DNA of 63,891 nt, counting the filler, from Octopus bimaculoides (Eukaryota), in NCBI RefSeq assembly GCF_001194135.2. It is 6 parts of 6 records of this genome, joined end to end, with 100 filler letters (N's around TTAATTAATTAA, not from the genome) between each part and the next. Parts side by side here need not be neighbours in the genome. Positions count along the whole stretch, not along the records: positions 36,017 to 55,892 come from NC_068983.1; positions 55,993 to 60,614 come from NC_069005.1; positions 60,715 to 62,752 come from NW_026372718.1; positions 62,853 to 63,891 come from NC_068998.1; 2 more parts are not named here. One strand, written 5' to 3'. A program made the position numbers and the translations under genes. Below the pieces are notes generated by a model. The model saw only the letters and a program-made list of their open reading frames with translations, had not been told where the DNA came from and made no database searches. This document shows, in pieces, positions 51,800-63,891 of the stretch. Position 1 is the stretch's first letter, and each line of letters begins with the position of its first letter.

Positions 51800-53486
51800 A
51801 AGGATTTCTATAGTCTCCGATTTCATCACTCTCTGCAGTTCGTGCTCATACCACGTCTAGCCTCTCTCTAGCCCCCACTTTTCGCATAGTTTCTAATGTA
51901 GCACTTTAGCTACCTGGTCGTGTCGCCACAACGTGTACTGGTTTGGGCAAGTGTAGGGCATTCGTTTGTGATATGGGCAATTCTTTCATCCACTCTATTG
52001 CAGATGCGACACAGCTGAGACACTTGCTTATTCCTATGGTTGACCCTCCAGTTCGTGGCTAAAGCTTGGTCTTGCGCTGCCAGTATAGTGTTGTCGGTTT
52101 CTTTTATAGTGTTCCTTTCAACAGCCAATCCCACTTATTTTTTCCAGCAACCACTGTTGTGGCTACATGGAATCGATTGTGTAGTCCCTTCTTGCGTAAT
52201 TCTTCTTCATGTCCTTTTTGTACTCTTCCTTTCTTTCCCTCTTTTTCTCTGCTCTCAATATTCCCTCGTTCGTGCCACTAGCAATGCTTCCTTACATTGC
52301 GCTAGGTATCTCATTAAGCTCTCGAGTTCGATATGCACGCTGTCTCCCACACTTATCAGCCCCCTTCCTCCATTTGCTCTCTTCATGTATAGGCAATCAA
52401 TGTTTGCATGTGGATAATGGGCTCCATGCATCGTTGGAAGCTTTCTTGTCTTCCTGTCCATCTCCTTTAGCTCCTCCTCAGTTCACTTCAGTATTCCAGT
52501 GCCATACCGAACCACTGCGACTGGGCGCGAGTCTATTGCCGAAATTATGTTTCAGACATTCAGCTTTGGAGCCAATAGTTTTCTCACTCGCCGCAGATGC
52601 TCTCTTTTTGTCTTTTCCTCGATGTCATTGTTTGATTCCATCTGCTTCAAATATTCCCAGGTATTTGTAACTGGACTGAGGTTGAATGGCCTTCATCATT
52701 TCACCACTTGGCCACTATGTGCTTTCTGTCCTGGCAAGCTTTCCTCGTCTCATCACCATCGTAGCACATTTTGAGAGTCTAAATTCCATCTTAACATCAT
52801 TGGAGAAAATCTGCACCGACTGAACTAAACTGGCCAGTTCTGCCTCACTTTTTGTAAATAGCTTCAGGTCGTCCATGAGTAACAAGTGGTTCAGTTTTCC
52901 TTTAACTCTTCCCAGATCATACTCCAACTTCGCTTTTCTGTAGTATTTCTCTCAAAGGGATCATTCCCAGTATAAAGATCAATGGAGACACACTGTCTCC
53001 TTGGAAGATTCCTCGCTTGATTTTCACCTCTCTTAATACTTGATTCCCTGCTGCCAATTCCGTTCTCCAGCATTTCATGCTATTCCATATAAGGCTTCTC
53101 ATATTTTCTGATACTCAATACATTTCCATCGTTCTTATTATCCAGGAGTGTGATATTATATCGTATGCTTTTCGATAGTCAACCCAAGCCATGATCAGGT
53201 TTGCATGTCTTCTCTTGCAGTTCCTGATAATTAGATTATCAATTAAGAGTTGATCTTTCGTCTCCCGGCTCCTTTTCCGACACCCTTTCTGTTCAACGGG
53301 GAGCAGACCACTTTTTCCAAGTATCTATACAGTTCACCGGCCAAAACACCTGATATTAGTTTCCACATTGGCGGAAGGCATGTTATTGGTCTAAAGTTGA
53401 ATCCCGTTTGAGGATCCTTGGCGCATAACAATGTCTTTCCCTTTGAGCCACTCATCTAGATGTAGTGCTATCCTTTCATGGAGCCC

Positions 53487-53489
<3 letters not shown>
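51800..53489 (-). mobile_element. R4/Dong-clade LINE internal fragment (RT + CCHC knuckle), third family
   Basis: NFRPITCLPPMWKL, EQKGCRK...[46 protein letters not shown] and CRICNRVDERIAHITNEC. The 5' end abuts (TAA)n 53490-53563; the RLE and 3' end are missing. Confidence 0.92.
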
Positions 53490-53563
<74 letters not shown>

Positions 53564-53697
53564 GCAAAGCTATTAAATGCTAATATAATTAGCAGGATGT
53601 CGTATATCTGCAGGTGGACAATATGAGTCTCAATTCCAGTACCTTCCAGTCTCTTATACTGCATTTAAATGCTGTGCTAAGTACATCAATTACCACG

Positions 53698-53762
53698 TCC
53701 TCAACTCTCTGGCTAGGTCCTGATAATCACCTCCTCAACTCTCTGGCTAGGTCCTGATAATC
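53698..53762. repeat. 34-bp-period tandem duplication
   Basis: 'tcctcaactctctggctaggtcctgataatc' at 53698 and 53732. Confidence 0.9.
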
Positions 53763-54222
53763 CTCAAATTTTTCAATTTCTTTAATTTCCCCTCGGTTAT
53801 CATATGGTATTGTAAAACTATATGATCTTACACGGTTAGTTTATTTTGTTCTCTATGATCGATGGACAGTTTTAATGGAGAAGTACAATAATGTCTGATA
53901 ACTCTTATTTTCTGTCACACACTAGGCTAACATCACGATGCACTCTTTTAGGTACACAGCCATGCCTACACTTATACTCTTTTTGTGTTAGCTTACTGCA
54001 TTCTCTGAAGAGATGATTAATACTTTCGTCTCCTTTACCACAGATCTTATATTTGCTTTCTGAGTTTGTTAATTTTTCCCTTTATTAGATTCGTCCTAAT
54101 GGCTTGTGCATGAGCGGCTATAATTAGAGCGTTAGTCTGTCGTGCCATTTATTTGTTGCTTGATTTCTTCATGTAATTCCATTTCTTTCTATCGGCTCTG
54201 GCGTTATTCTTTCTGTTCTTGA

Positions 54223-54546
<324 letters not shown>

Positions 54547-54594
<48 letters not shown>

Positions 54595-54632
54595 CTCATC
54601 ATCCTTATCATCACCATCATCATCACCATCAC

Positions 54633-54676
<44 letters not shown>

Positions 54677-54708
54677 CCACCATCATCATCATGATCACCA
54701 TCACCACC

Positions 54709-54785
<77 letters not shown>

Positions 54786-54800
54786 TGTTATTATTATTAT
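54547..54800. repeat. Compound ATT>ATC>ACC>ATC>ATT microsatellite
   Basis: Direct reading. Confidence 0.9.
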
Positions 54801-55858
54801 TCAATATCTCGTCTCGTGTCTTTCAATTTTTGTTTGCCTTGTTTTAGTCTTATTTCAGAAATATTCTTGGCTTTACTATTTATTCCGTTATATATTTCGT
54901 TTCTCGCTATATTAGTATTGTTGTTGGTGAATGTTGCTGATGTTCTTTTGTTTTTCATGCGATTTTTATATTTTATTCCTCAGTTTTCCTCCATTTATTT
55001 TCGTTACTTTACTCACTTCATTCGTTCTCTTACACTAACGCTATTAATTTCTCTTCTTTTCCCCCCTTTTTTCTTTATGATATATGTCTAACTTTATTTA
55101 CTTCTCCATTTCCTCTTCATCTCTATCTCTCTATCACTTTTCAATGACTTTTTTCTCTATTCCGCCATGTATATTGTATTTTCCTTCTCTCCTTCTTTCA
55201 TTCTTTTCTTCCTTTTATAGTTTAATGCTTATTCTTCTCGATTCTCAATATTGTTTTTTTTTAATTTTCTTGCACGTATATGTTTTTACTTCATGTCACT
55301 CACTTACTCTTTCGATCGCCCACTCTCCTTCTACATCTGTTTCTTTTTCTTCCCTTTCTCTCTCCCCAATGTGCCCCTCTTTCTCTCTCATTTCCTTCTT
55401 AGTCTTTTTTTTTATCATTTCACTTCCTGCCCTTCTGCATTCTTCAATGCGATCTTCATTTATTTTTCATAATTTTCTTTAATTTTCACCATACTTTTCT
55501 TAATTTTTCTCAGCTGCTGTTCCTGTTTCCTTCATGGCTGCTTCATTCGTTTTAATTTACTACCACACATTTTCTTTCAACCAGAGAATCAGACGAACAA
55601 CAAATCCTGCTTACAATTTGATTTATTTCCCTATCTTCACTTGATATATTTCTTTCTATTAATCAGCTTTTTCGCCACAGTTTCCATTCCGACAATCTCC
55701 AGAAGGTCATTTAAAAAAATATATACAAAATCATATATAGAAATGAATAATAAATAAAATAAAATAAAATAAAATAAAACGATTTAAGTTCTTTGTTTCT
55801 CGACAAAAACCTGTTTCACTTTGCAGTATTGGTCTGGATATCGAATCTAGTTTGGACT

Positions 55859-55892
<34 letters not shown>

Positions 55893-56377
55893 NNNNNNNN
55901 NNNNNNNNNNNNNNNNNNNNNNNNNNNNNNNNNNNNTTAATTAATTAANNNNNNNNNNNNNNNNNNNNNNNNNNNNNNNNNNNNNNNNNNNNGTGGTGGT
56001 GGTGGTGGTGGCAGTGGTAGTGTCTGTGGTAGTGTCTGTGGTGGTGGTGGTGGTGGTGGTGGTGGCTATGTTACGAAATGAAGTCTCATGCAGTTGTTAT
56101 TGTTGTTGTTATTGTCGTGAGCTGCAACCATTCATTTTGGGTTTTTTTCCTTCACAGGTAAAAATGCACCAATGATCACAATTTCAATGAACAAAGTATA
56201 ATGTGTTCACAAGAGAATTTCTTCTCAACAAGTGAATAATAAAGCATAATCCAAATAAAGAACCAAAATTTCACAACGAAAATCTTAACAGGAAATGGTG
56301 AATGAATTAACGTCCCATTGATAAGTTCCAAGCGTTTTCTGTAATGAACTAAGCATTTTTATTCTTTGTTTTATTTC

Positions 56378-56730
56378 TCTAATTGCGGAATTTGCATCCA
56401 ACATATAAATTCAAATCAGGTAAAACATTCAGCGTAGAAAAATCATTTCACTCGTGCATCGAGGGACTTAATTTAGGTTCTCGAATGCGGTGGATGTGGT
56501 GGGGATTACATAGGTCAAACGTGCTTACTCTGAGGGACAGAATGACATGACAGTACACCGGCAACAGATTCGGGACCCCACAACCAGAATATTCCCGTAA
56601 GTAAACACCAAGAGCTCTGCTCTGCGAATAAATATCCAAAATATCAAATTGTCCCCCTTATATCAATGCACCGGAATCACTTCAGCCTAATTCCGATTGA
56701 ATAAGGAAAATATGTTAAGAAATATGAATG
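56378..56730 (+). pseudogene. Penelope-like element GIY-YIG endonuclease remnant
   Basis: CGICIQHI/KFKSGKTFSV.KSFTRASRDLI*VLECGGCGGDYIGQT/TLRDRMT/VHRQQIRDPTTRIF/PVSKH.ELC...RLNKE. This is the xIY...C..C...YIGQT...LRxRMxxH pattern with a Cys-rich linker. Confidence 0.8.
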
Positions 56731-56733
56731 AAA

Positions 56734-57053
56734 GAGCACTCCGTCGGTTACCACGACGAGGGTCCCAGCTGATACGATCAACGGAGCAGCTTGCTCGTGA
56801 AATTAACGTGCAAATGACTGAGCACTCCACAGACACGTGTACACTTAACGTAGATCTCAATGAGATTCAGCGTGACACAGAGTGTGACAAGGCTGGTCCT
56901 TTGAATTACAGGTACTATTCGTTTTTGCCAGGTGAGCGGACTGAAGCAACGAGAAAGAAAGTGTCTTGCTCAAGGACACAACGCGTCGCTGGAAATCGAA
57001 CTCACGACCTTACGATCGTGCGCCGAACGCCCTAACCACTAAGCTACGCGCCT
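56734..57053 (-). mobile_element. tRNA-derived SINE family C (own head, family-B tail)
   Basis: Head TAGCTTAGTGG...GAGTTCGATT plus 'gttgtgtccttgagcaagacactt'. The 3' ~175 bp match 37345-37521. Confidence 0.88.
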
Positions 57054-57841
57054 TTCAGAAATATAAATCACAACTAAATACCCTTTAACAACTCAATTTA
57101 TTCACGAAAAACAAGAAACCATAAACAAGAGTTTTAAGTTACGGGTTGCCTCCGGGATTCGAAACCCTTACTCCAACTATTATATAATAACACCTCGCAA
57201 CTACTCAAACACCAGTTGCTGACGTCACCCTAGACTTAACGAATTAGATTTTTTTCTGGTGAAAATCGGATCGTCAGAAAAATACAAATAATCATTGAGC
57301 TGAGCGAGACCAATGACTTCTTAGGGGATTCAACCAACGGGAAAGCTGGACGATCGTCGGACAAAAACAAGCTACCAGAACCGTTGACAAAAACACATGA
57401 CGCGTGCAGAAAATCAACCAGAGGACTAGACCTCTACTGGTCAAAAATAAAAGCGAGTGCACAGACTTATCGATTAACCAATGATGTGACCAAGAAATCA
57501 ACCAACCAGAGCGCTGCTCTTCTGTGACCAGAAGATTAAAAAAATCAAGTGACAGGTCATATAGTCGGTCAGCCAAAATACTAGGCCACAAGCGAACAAA
57601 GAGGTATGATGTCATTAAATTTACACCCAATCAGAACTGGAAAGTAAATTAAAAACCTATATACACAAAGCAGCTTAAAGTATAGTTCAAGTTCTCACCA
57701 GGAAAACCAGTGACGAATAATCTCTCATGCACAATAGCAGAAAAGGAAACAAAAAAAGAAGAAAAGCTTCTTTCTTTCTATTTCTTTTTCATGCTCTTTT
57801 GAAAACTTCATCGTATCTAATTGTTGATATAATTCAATGTT

Positions 57842-58065
57842 AAGACGACGAGCTAACAGAATCGTTAGCACACCGAGCGAAATGCTTATTGCCATTTCGT
57901 CAGTCTTTACGTTCTAGGCTCAAATTCCGCCGAGATTTACTTTGCCTTTCATCCTTTCGGGGTCGATAAAATAAATGTCAGTTGAGTACTGGGGAGGTTG
58001 ATGCAATCGACTTAAACCCCTTCCCAAAAAAATTGCTGGCCTTGCGCCAAAAGTTGAAACCAATA
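57842..58065 (+). mobile_element. Full-length SINE family E
   Basis: Matches 44387-44603. Confidence 0.88.
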
Positions 58066-58204
58066 AAATAATACGTTACTAAACTTTCGATCATGTCTGG
58101 CTGTTACGAAATTCATTGAACTTTTGAACCTGTTTTACTGTCTACTTTCACACAACAGTATGTATGTACTTATATGTATACATTCATATTCATATACATA
58201 CATA

Positions 58205-58368
58205 TATACATACGAGACTAGAGAAACAGCCGACAACTGATGAAGGGTCGTTCTTTATGTTCGTTTTATTTTTCATTTGTGCCTTTCGTTGTTCGAAAGA
58301 ATAGTTCACGTTCCATGTACTCGTACTTCGTATTTTTTGTACACGTTTCGTGACGTCCTGTGCCCACA
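58205..58368 (+). mobile_element. Repeat 'F2', second copy, within TA-rich microsatellite
   Basis: Matches the reverse complement of 48761-48915. Confidence 0.7.
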
Positions 58369-58452
58369 TATACATATATATATATATATATANNNNNNNN
58401 NNNNNNNNNNNNNNNNNNNNNNNNNNNNNNNNNNNNNNNNNNNNNNNNNNNN

Positions 58453-58707
58453 GTGTGTTCCAGTTGATCTGATCAACGGAACAGCCTGCTCGTGAAATTA
58501 ACGTGCAAGTGGCTGAGCATTCCACAGATACGTGTAACCTTAACGTAGTTCTCGGGGGGATTCAGCGTGACACAGAATGTAACAAGGCTGGCCCCTTTGA
58601 AAATACAGGTACAACAGAAACAGGAAGAAAGAGTGAGAGAAAGTTGTTGTGAAAGAGTACACCAGGGTTCACCACAACCCTCCTGCTGGAGCCTCGTAGA
58701 GCTTTAG
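58453..58707 (-). mobile_element. SINE family B central part; head replaced by family E dimer
   Basis: Reverse complement of 37235-37492. Confidence 0.88.
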
Positions 58708-59122
58708 GGGCTAGTCGAAATCATCGACCCCCCCAGTGTCTCACTGGTACTTAATTTATCGACCTCGAAAGAATGAAAGGCAAAGTCAACCTCGGCGGAA
58801 TTTGAACTCAGAACGTAGCGAAATTTGAACTCAGAACGAGCGAAATACCGCTAAGCATTTCGTCCACCGTGCTAACAATTCTGCAAGATCGCCGCTTTCA
58901 AAATAATAATGATCCTTTCTTTCATAATCACAAAGCCTGAAGGGAGAGGAGGCTAGTTGATTACATCGACCCGAGTGTGTAACTGACTCTTATCTTATCA
59001 ACCTCGAAAGGATGAAAGGCGAAGTCGACTCCGGTGGAATTTGAGCTCAGAATGTAAAGACGGCTAAAATGCCGCTAAGCATTTCGCCTGCTGCACTAAC
59101 CATTCTGCTAGCTTGCCACCTT
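58708..59122 (-). mobile_element. Head-to-tail dimer of SINE family E (58708-58898, 58905-59122)
   Basis: Two successive 'aaaggcaaagtc.ac..cgg.ggaattt' units. The first has an internal ~20-bp duplication 'aatttgaactcagaacg'. Confidence 0.88.
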
Positions 59123-59623
59123 AGAATAAATGGTAATAATATAGGTTTTGGTGTTGAGTGTTGGAATGTTAAGCACCACAATTCATGTGAGAAGTTCTCA
59201 CGATTATATTTTGTTCTTCTAATTTAATAGGTTCTAACTGGTCCTTAAGACTTCAAGTGCTTCATGTTGTACATAAAACACCCTCCTTCCTGTATCTTTA
59301 GTATTGTAAGTTTGATTGAATTTATAAAATTCCATTCTACCGTTGTTGTTGTTGTTGTTGCTGTTGCTGTTGTTGTTGTTGTTGTTGTTGTTGTTTGAGG
59401 AAAATTTTGATGATGGAGGGAGATGGAGCGGGTAAGATGAAAGGGAGTGACCGCATGTAATTATTTATTATCCCGAAATCCTGAGTGGAAAACAAAGAGC
59501 TGGAACGAAGTCCCTGAAAAACGGAACGGATGCGTAGACGCTGGAAGAAATATTTTCTTTAAGAAGAGAAAAGATAGAAGAGAGAGATAGGAGACGTCCG
59601 GTCTTTAGAACGTCCGTGCAGGA

Positions 59624-59795
59624 AACCGATGTTGGCGTGTTTGCATCCCCGTAACTTAGCGGTTCGGCAGAACGGACCGATAGAGTGAGCAGCAGGCTTA
59701 CAAAGAATAAGTCCTGCGGTCAATTTCTTCGACTAAAAAGCGGTACTCCAGCATGGCCACAGTCAAATCACTGAAACAAGTAAAAGAATAAAAGA
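59624..59795 (+). mobile_element. SINE family A, 3' half
   Basis: Matches the reverse complement of 42654-42825. Confidence 0.88.
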
Positions 59796-60423
59796 ATGGT
59801 GTTCTAAGTGACCTTTTTTTTTTATCATCTTTTAGAGCACAAATCGTTAAAGCTTGATTGTTTTGTGTTTGTATTTTTAGCATGTCCAGTTTATCGACCC
59901 CGTTGAGATTCCAGCCTCATTACTATTGGGTACCAAGTCAAACCGGATCGAAAGGCATTCCAGTCGTGCCCAATCCTTTTACCTCTTCTTTTTCTTTTTT
60001 CTTTTTTTTTTTCATTTCACTTATTTACCTAATTATTGAGACACCATATCTCTGCGTCTTTTATTTCATTTTCAGACAAGAAGAAGTGTCATTTTTCGAG
60101 AAATTTGGTGGTTATTTTTAGCAGGAGGTCAGCTGACAGTGCAGGGATCTCTTCGTGTGAATCTTTATACTTCCTCGGCCGATTTCTCTTCTTTTCTACA
60201 CCTTTGCACTCGATTTTTCACCTTTAACCTCACACGCCAGGTGTCCATTCAGGTAAACAATCGATCATATTAATGCAGTTCGTTAAGGAATTAAACAATC
60301 ACAGTGAAGGTGGTGGTGGTGGTGGCGTCGAAGGTGATGATGTCGATGGTGGTGGCGTCTATGGAGGTGGCGACGATGATAGGGAAAGAAGTAAACATAG
60401 TGGTTGTGATGATGGTGATACGG

Positions 60424-60610
60424 ATGAGTATATGCATATATACGTACAGGTATGTGCATACCGACATCCACCTGTATGTATAGGTGCATACCTGGGTACA
60501 GGACATTGCAAACAAAACGTAGACGAGAAAACACACAAGCCACATAGAGAACATTCTCCTTCATCAGCTACCCCCGTTTTAACACCGGCGTTTCGAAGAG
60601 TTGGGTAGTA
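60424..60610 (-). mobile_element. Repeat 'F', copy 2
   Basis: Matches 20653-20816. The minus strand also carries 'cgaaacgccggtgtt...gctgatgaagg'. Confidence 0.8.
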
Positions 60611-60714
60611 TATANNNNNNNNNNNNNNNNNNNNNNNNNNNNNNNNNNNNNNNNNNNNTTAATTAATTAANNNNNNNNNNNNNNNNNNNNNNNNNNNNNN
60701 NNNNNNNNNNNNNN

Positions 60715-61216
60715 CCTGTGGCTAATGTTGGTGGCCTACTCAGCTTGGATGAACTTTGTGTCTCAATTGCCCATAGAATGAGAGTTGACGCATGCACAGG
60801 TTTGATCTGTCACTGTGGCAGGCTCCTCGACTCCACAGGCCTCTATAGCCTTTCTTGCTGTCGGAATGCTGATCGCTTCGTGCGTCATACGGAGTTGAAC
60901 CTGATACTCAAGAAGAGCTTGGCCTAGGCAAACATCCCCTCCATCTTGGAACCATCTGGATTGTCCAGACGTGATGGGAAGAGACCTGACGGCCTCACCC
61001 TGTGCCCCTGGCCACAAGGCCGATGCCTTGTCTGGGATGTCACAGTTAGCGACTCCTTTGCTTCTCACATCCTGGATGCTGCGGTCAGGCGAGATCCACA
61101 CCTTCTGTGATGGAGCAGAACAAAATCCTGAAATACTGCGATCTGTTGACCAACTACATTTTCCATCCTGTGACATTTGAAATGTTTGGTGGGGTCTTCA
61201 CTGGCAACTCACCTTG
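60715..61216 (+). pseudogene. CRE-clade non-LTR retrotransposon C-terminus (Zn knuckle + RLE)
   Basis: ICHCGRLLDSTGLYSLSC...RHTELNLILKKSLA*ANIPSILEPSGLSRRDGKRPDGLTLCPWPQGRCLVWDVT, then AEQNKILKY...FHPVTFEMFG. Gaps on both sides. Confidence 0.82.
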
Positions 61217-62392
61217 NNNNNNNNNNNNNNNNNNNNNNNNNNNNNNNNNNNNNNNNNNNNNNNNNNNNNNNNNNNNNNNNNNNNNNNNNNNNNNNNNNNN
61301 NNNNNNNNNNNNNNNNNNNNNNNNNNNNNNNNNNNNNNNNNNNNNNNNNNNNNNNNNNNNNNNNNNNNNNNNNNNNNNNNNNNNNNNNNNNNNNNNNNNN
61401 NNNNNNNNNNNNNNNNNNNNNNNNNNNNNNNNNNNNNNNNNNNNNNNNNNNNNNNNNNNNNNNNNNNNNNNNNNNNNNNNNNNNNNNNNNNNNNNNNNNN
61501 NNNNNNNNNNNNNNNNNNNNNNNNNNNNNNNNNNNNNNNNNNNNNNNNNNNNNNNNNNNNNNNNNNNNNNNNNNNNNNNNNNNNNNNNNNNNNNNNNNNN
61601 NNNNNNNNNNNNNNNNNNNNNNNNNNNNNNNNNNNNNNNNNNNNNNNNNNNNNNNNNNNNNNNNNNNNNNNNNNNNNNNNNNNNNNNNNNNNNNNNNNNN
61701 NNNNNNNNNNNNNNNNNNNNNNNNNNNNNNNNNNNNNNNNNNNNNNNNNNNNNNNNNNNNNNNNNNNNNNNNNNNNNNNNNNNNNNNNNNNNNNNNNNNN
61801 NNNNNNNNNNNNNNNNNNNNNNNNNNNNNNNNNNNNNNNNNNNNNNNNNNNNNNNNNNNNNNNNNNNNNNNNNNNNNNNNNNNNNNNNNNNNNNNNNNNN
61901 NNNNNNNNNNNNNNNNNNNNNNNNNNNNNNNNNNNNNNNNNNNNNNNNNNNNNNNNNNNNNNNNNNNNNNNNNNNNNNNNNNNNNNNNNNNNNNNNNNNN
62001 NNNNNNNNNNNNNNNNNNNNNNNNNNNNNNNNNNNNNNNNNNNNNNNNNNNNNNNNNNNNNNNNNNNNNNNNNNNNNNNNNNNNNNNNNNNNNNNNNNNN
62101 NNNNNNNNNNNNNNNNNNNNNNNNNNNNNNNNNNNNNNNNNNNNNNNNTATACATTTTTTCTCTTAACTTTTGTTCTACTGCACCAGATTTTAAATATTT
62201 TATGTCTAAGTGTAGCTTATCACTAGTCGAACATAATTAAAAAAAACAAAATTTGATGTCGATTAAAACTGAATTGGTGAGACTGCTTGAAAATATATAT
62301 ATACATAGATTTATAAGTATATATATATATATATATATGTATATATAAAGGTAAAGAAATAATTTTTTTAATTCTCAAACGCGTCATAATGT

Positions 62393-62703
62393 TAATAAAT
62401 AGCTGATCAGGATAAATTATCCATACATTGCAGAAAAATACATTACCGGCCAGCCATGAGATTCGAACTCACATCCTTGTGAGTACACGTAAAATGCTTT
62501 ACCATTAAGCTAAACTGCCCAGCAACGTATTCACCCGCAATTTTAGGACTTATAAATTTAGCTTCATAAGATGCTAACGTTAAATTCATCTTACGATGAA
62601 AGTAAATAAACAAAGTTTGTTTTAGAAGCGTTGAGATGTATTGAAAGGTAGAGAAATAATGCTAATAAATAGCGTGATCAGGATAAATTATCCATACATT
62701 GCA
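62393..62703 (-). mobile_element. ~270-bp-period unit with 40-bp direct repeats enclosing a tRNA-like sequence
   Basis: 'taataaatagc(g)tgatcaggataaattatccatacattgca' at 62393-62432 and 62663-62703. Confidence 0.8.
62447..62520 (-). pseudogene. tRNA-like pseudogene (possibly Thr-TGT-derived)
   Basis: GGCAGTT-TA-GCTTAATGGTAAAGC...GTGAGTTCGAATCTCAT-GGCTGGC. D and T arms pair, the acceptor pairs 6/7 and the anticodon stem is broken. Confidence 0.6.
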
Positions 62704-62852
62704 TATATATGTATATATGTATATATATATATATATGTATGTATGTATATATNNNNNNNNNNNNNNNNNNNNNNNNNNNNNNNNNNNNNNNNNNNNTTAA
62801 TTAATTAANNNNNNNNNNNNNNNNNNNNNNNNNNNNNNNNNNNNNNNNNNNN

Positions 62853-62919
<67 letters not shown>

Positions 62920-63089
62920 ACAGATATATAATGAAAATGATTCAAACGGGGAAATATTCGATTCAATATGATGTTTTATAGAGATTGTGCAACAGATTGT
63001 AATTTACACTTCCATATTTAACTGTGCGTGTATATTCGTTAATTTTGCTTCTAGTGTCTTCTGCCTTTCTGTTAGGACGGTTTACCTGG

Positions 63090-63560
63090 GAATTTACTTC
63101 AAGTGAAGACAAAATCGTATACAACAGATAAGTCGTCTTAACATATATCTGTGTATCAGACATTTAGCTGTTATCTTTAGCATGAGTTTTCTGCCGAGGA
63201 TTTCGTTTGCCTTGACTGCCTGTTGCTTCAGTAGAAATCTATGGAAGCTCAAGCCAGAGAAAATGTAACGATTATGGATAACTTGTTCCAAAACAACCCT
63301 CGAGTTGGGAACAGTTCTCACAAATAACCCCCAATTGTTTTCCCCCAGAACTTCCTATATGCTTGGAATCTGCATATTCCGAGGTATATTTGTAGACAAT
63401 TTCATTAAAATCTATCAATTTTCCTGAAAGTAAAGCGAATTGAATTGGACTCTGGTGAATTTTCCAAAAACTTCCTCACCCCTCCTAAAACACTTTCCGA
63501 AACAAAGTAGATATATTCTACATGACATAATACAGTGCTATCATCAGCTACACAAATAAC
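63090..63560 (-). pseudogene. Possible very old L1/Tx1-type RT remnant
   Basis: Weak motifs only: (Y)ADDSTVL...VRKFLENS and GRKLMLKITAK. Confidence 0.25.
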
Positions 63561-63891
63561 TAGAATGTTAACCAATTGAACTCATTAATATAATTTTTCT
63601 CAAATAATTTAAGAGAGTAAGGTGATGGAAGGAATTCATGCTGTCGCTACTGTAGCGAAGAATAGACTACACTTCCAGGAATGCCATGAAACCCACTGCG
63701 GTCATAGCTTGTAAAGAAGTATGAGAAAAATTTATATTAATGTGTCCAATTAATATTTTAAAATTTTATTTATTTGTGCAGTTGATGATAGCACTGCATT
63801 TAAATTTATGTAATGACTATATTGTTCAAATAAATGGAGCCACTAGAATCGGTCGTACTGCATCATTTCTTGATATCCTGTTGTTTATCTT

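Noticed and set aside
56520-56604. Apparent exon ending at a GTAAGT donor
   Set aside because: The segment is explained as part of the frameshifted PLE GIY-YIG remnant (PVSKH).
60273-60420. G/D-rich ORF start (EGGGGGVEGDDVDGGG) as a protein
   Set aside because: It is a translated (GGT)/(GAT) cryptic microsatellite running into repeat F.

Overview
This is AT-rich, repeat-saturated animal genomic DNA from a draft assembly, with about 10 kb (~16%) of Ns in 23 gaps. Five gaps are artificial 44N-TTAATTAATTAA-44N pads. The SINE families and dense (TA)n/(TAA)n/(GATA)n/(CA)n tracts resemble octopus-type cephalopod DNA; this is inference from pattern recognition, and no search was run. I found no host protein-coding gene, rRNA, intact tRNA, CRISPR array or prokaryotic feature. 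Nearly all track ORFs are microsatellite or gap artefacts, or pieces of dead mobile elements. Recognisable content: RTE LINE fragments, several R4/Dong-type restriction-like-endonuclease (RLE) LINE copies in (TAA)n tracts, a HERO-type LINE, a CRE-type LINE 3' end, two Penelope-like (PLE) remnants, a Tc1/mariner transposase remnant, a hAT/CGGBP1-like transposase remnant, at least five tRNA-derived SINE families, two long near-perfect palindromes and a ~270-bp direct-repeat unit with a tRNA-like core. The most interesting reconstruction is at 8.17-11.3 kb. There a PLE reverse transcriptase with no visible C-terminal GIY-YIG appears to run into a 3' region built as tRNA-like Pol III cassette + (TAA)n + hammerhead-like motif, later split by a TAA-targeting R4/Dong insertion.
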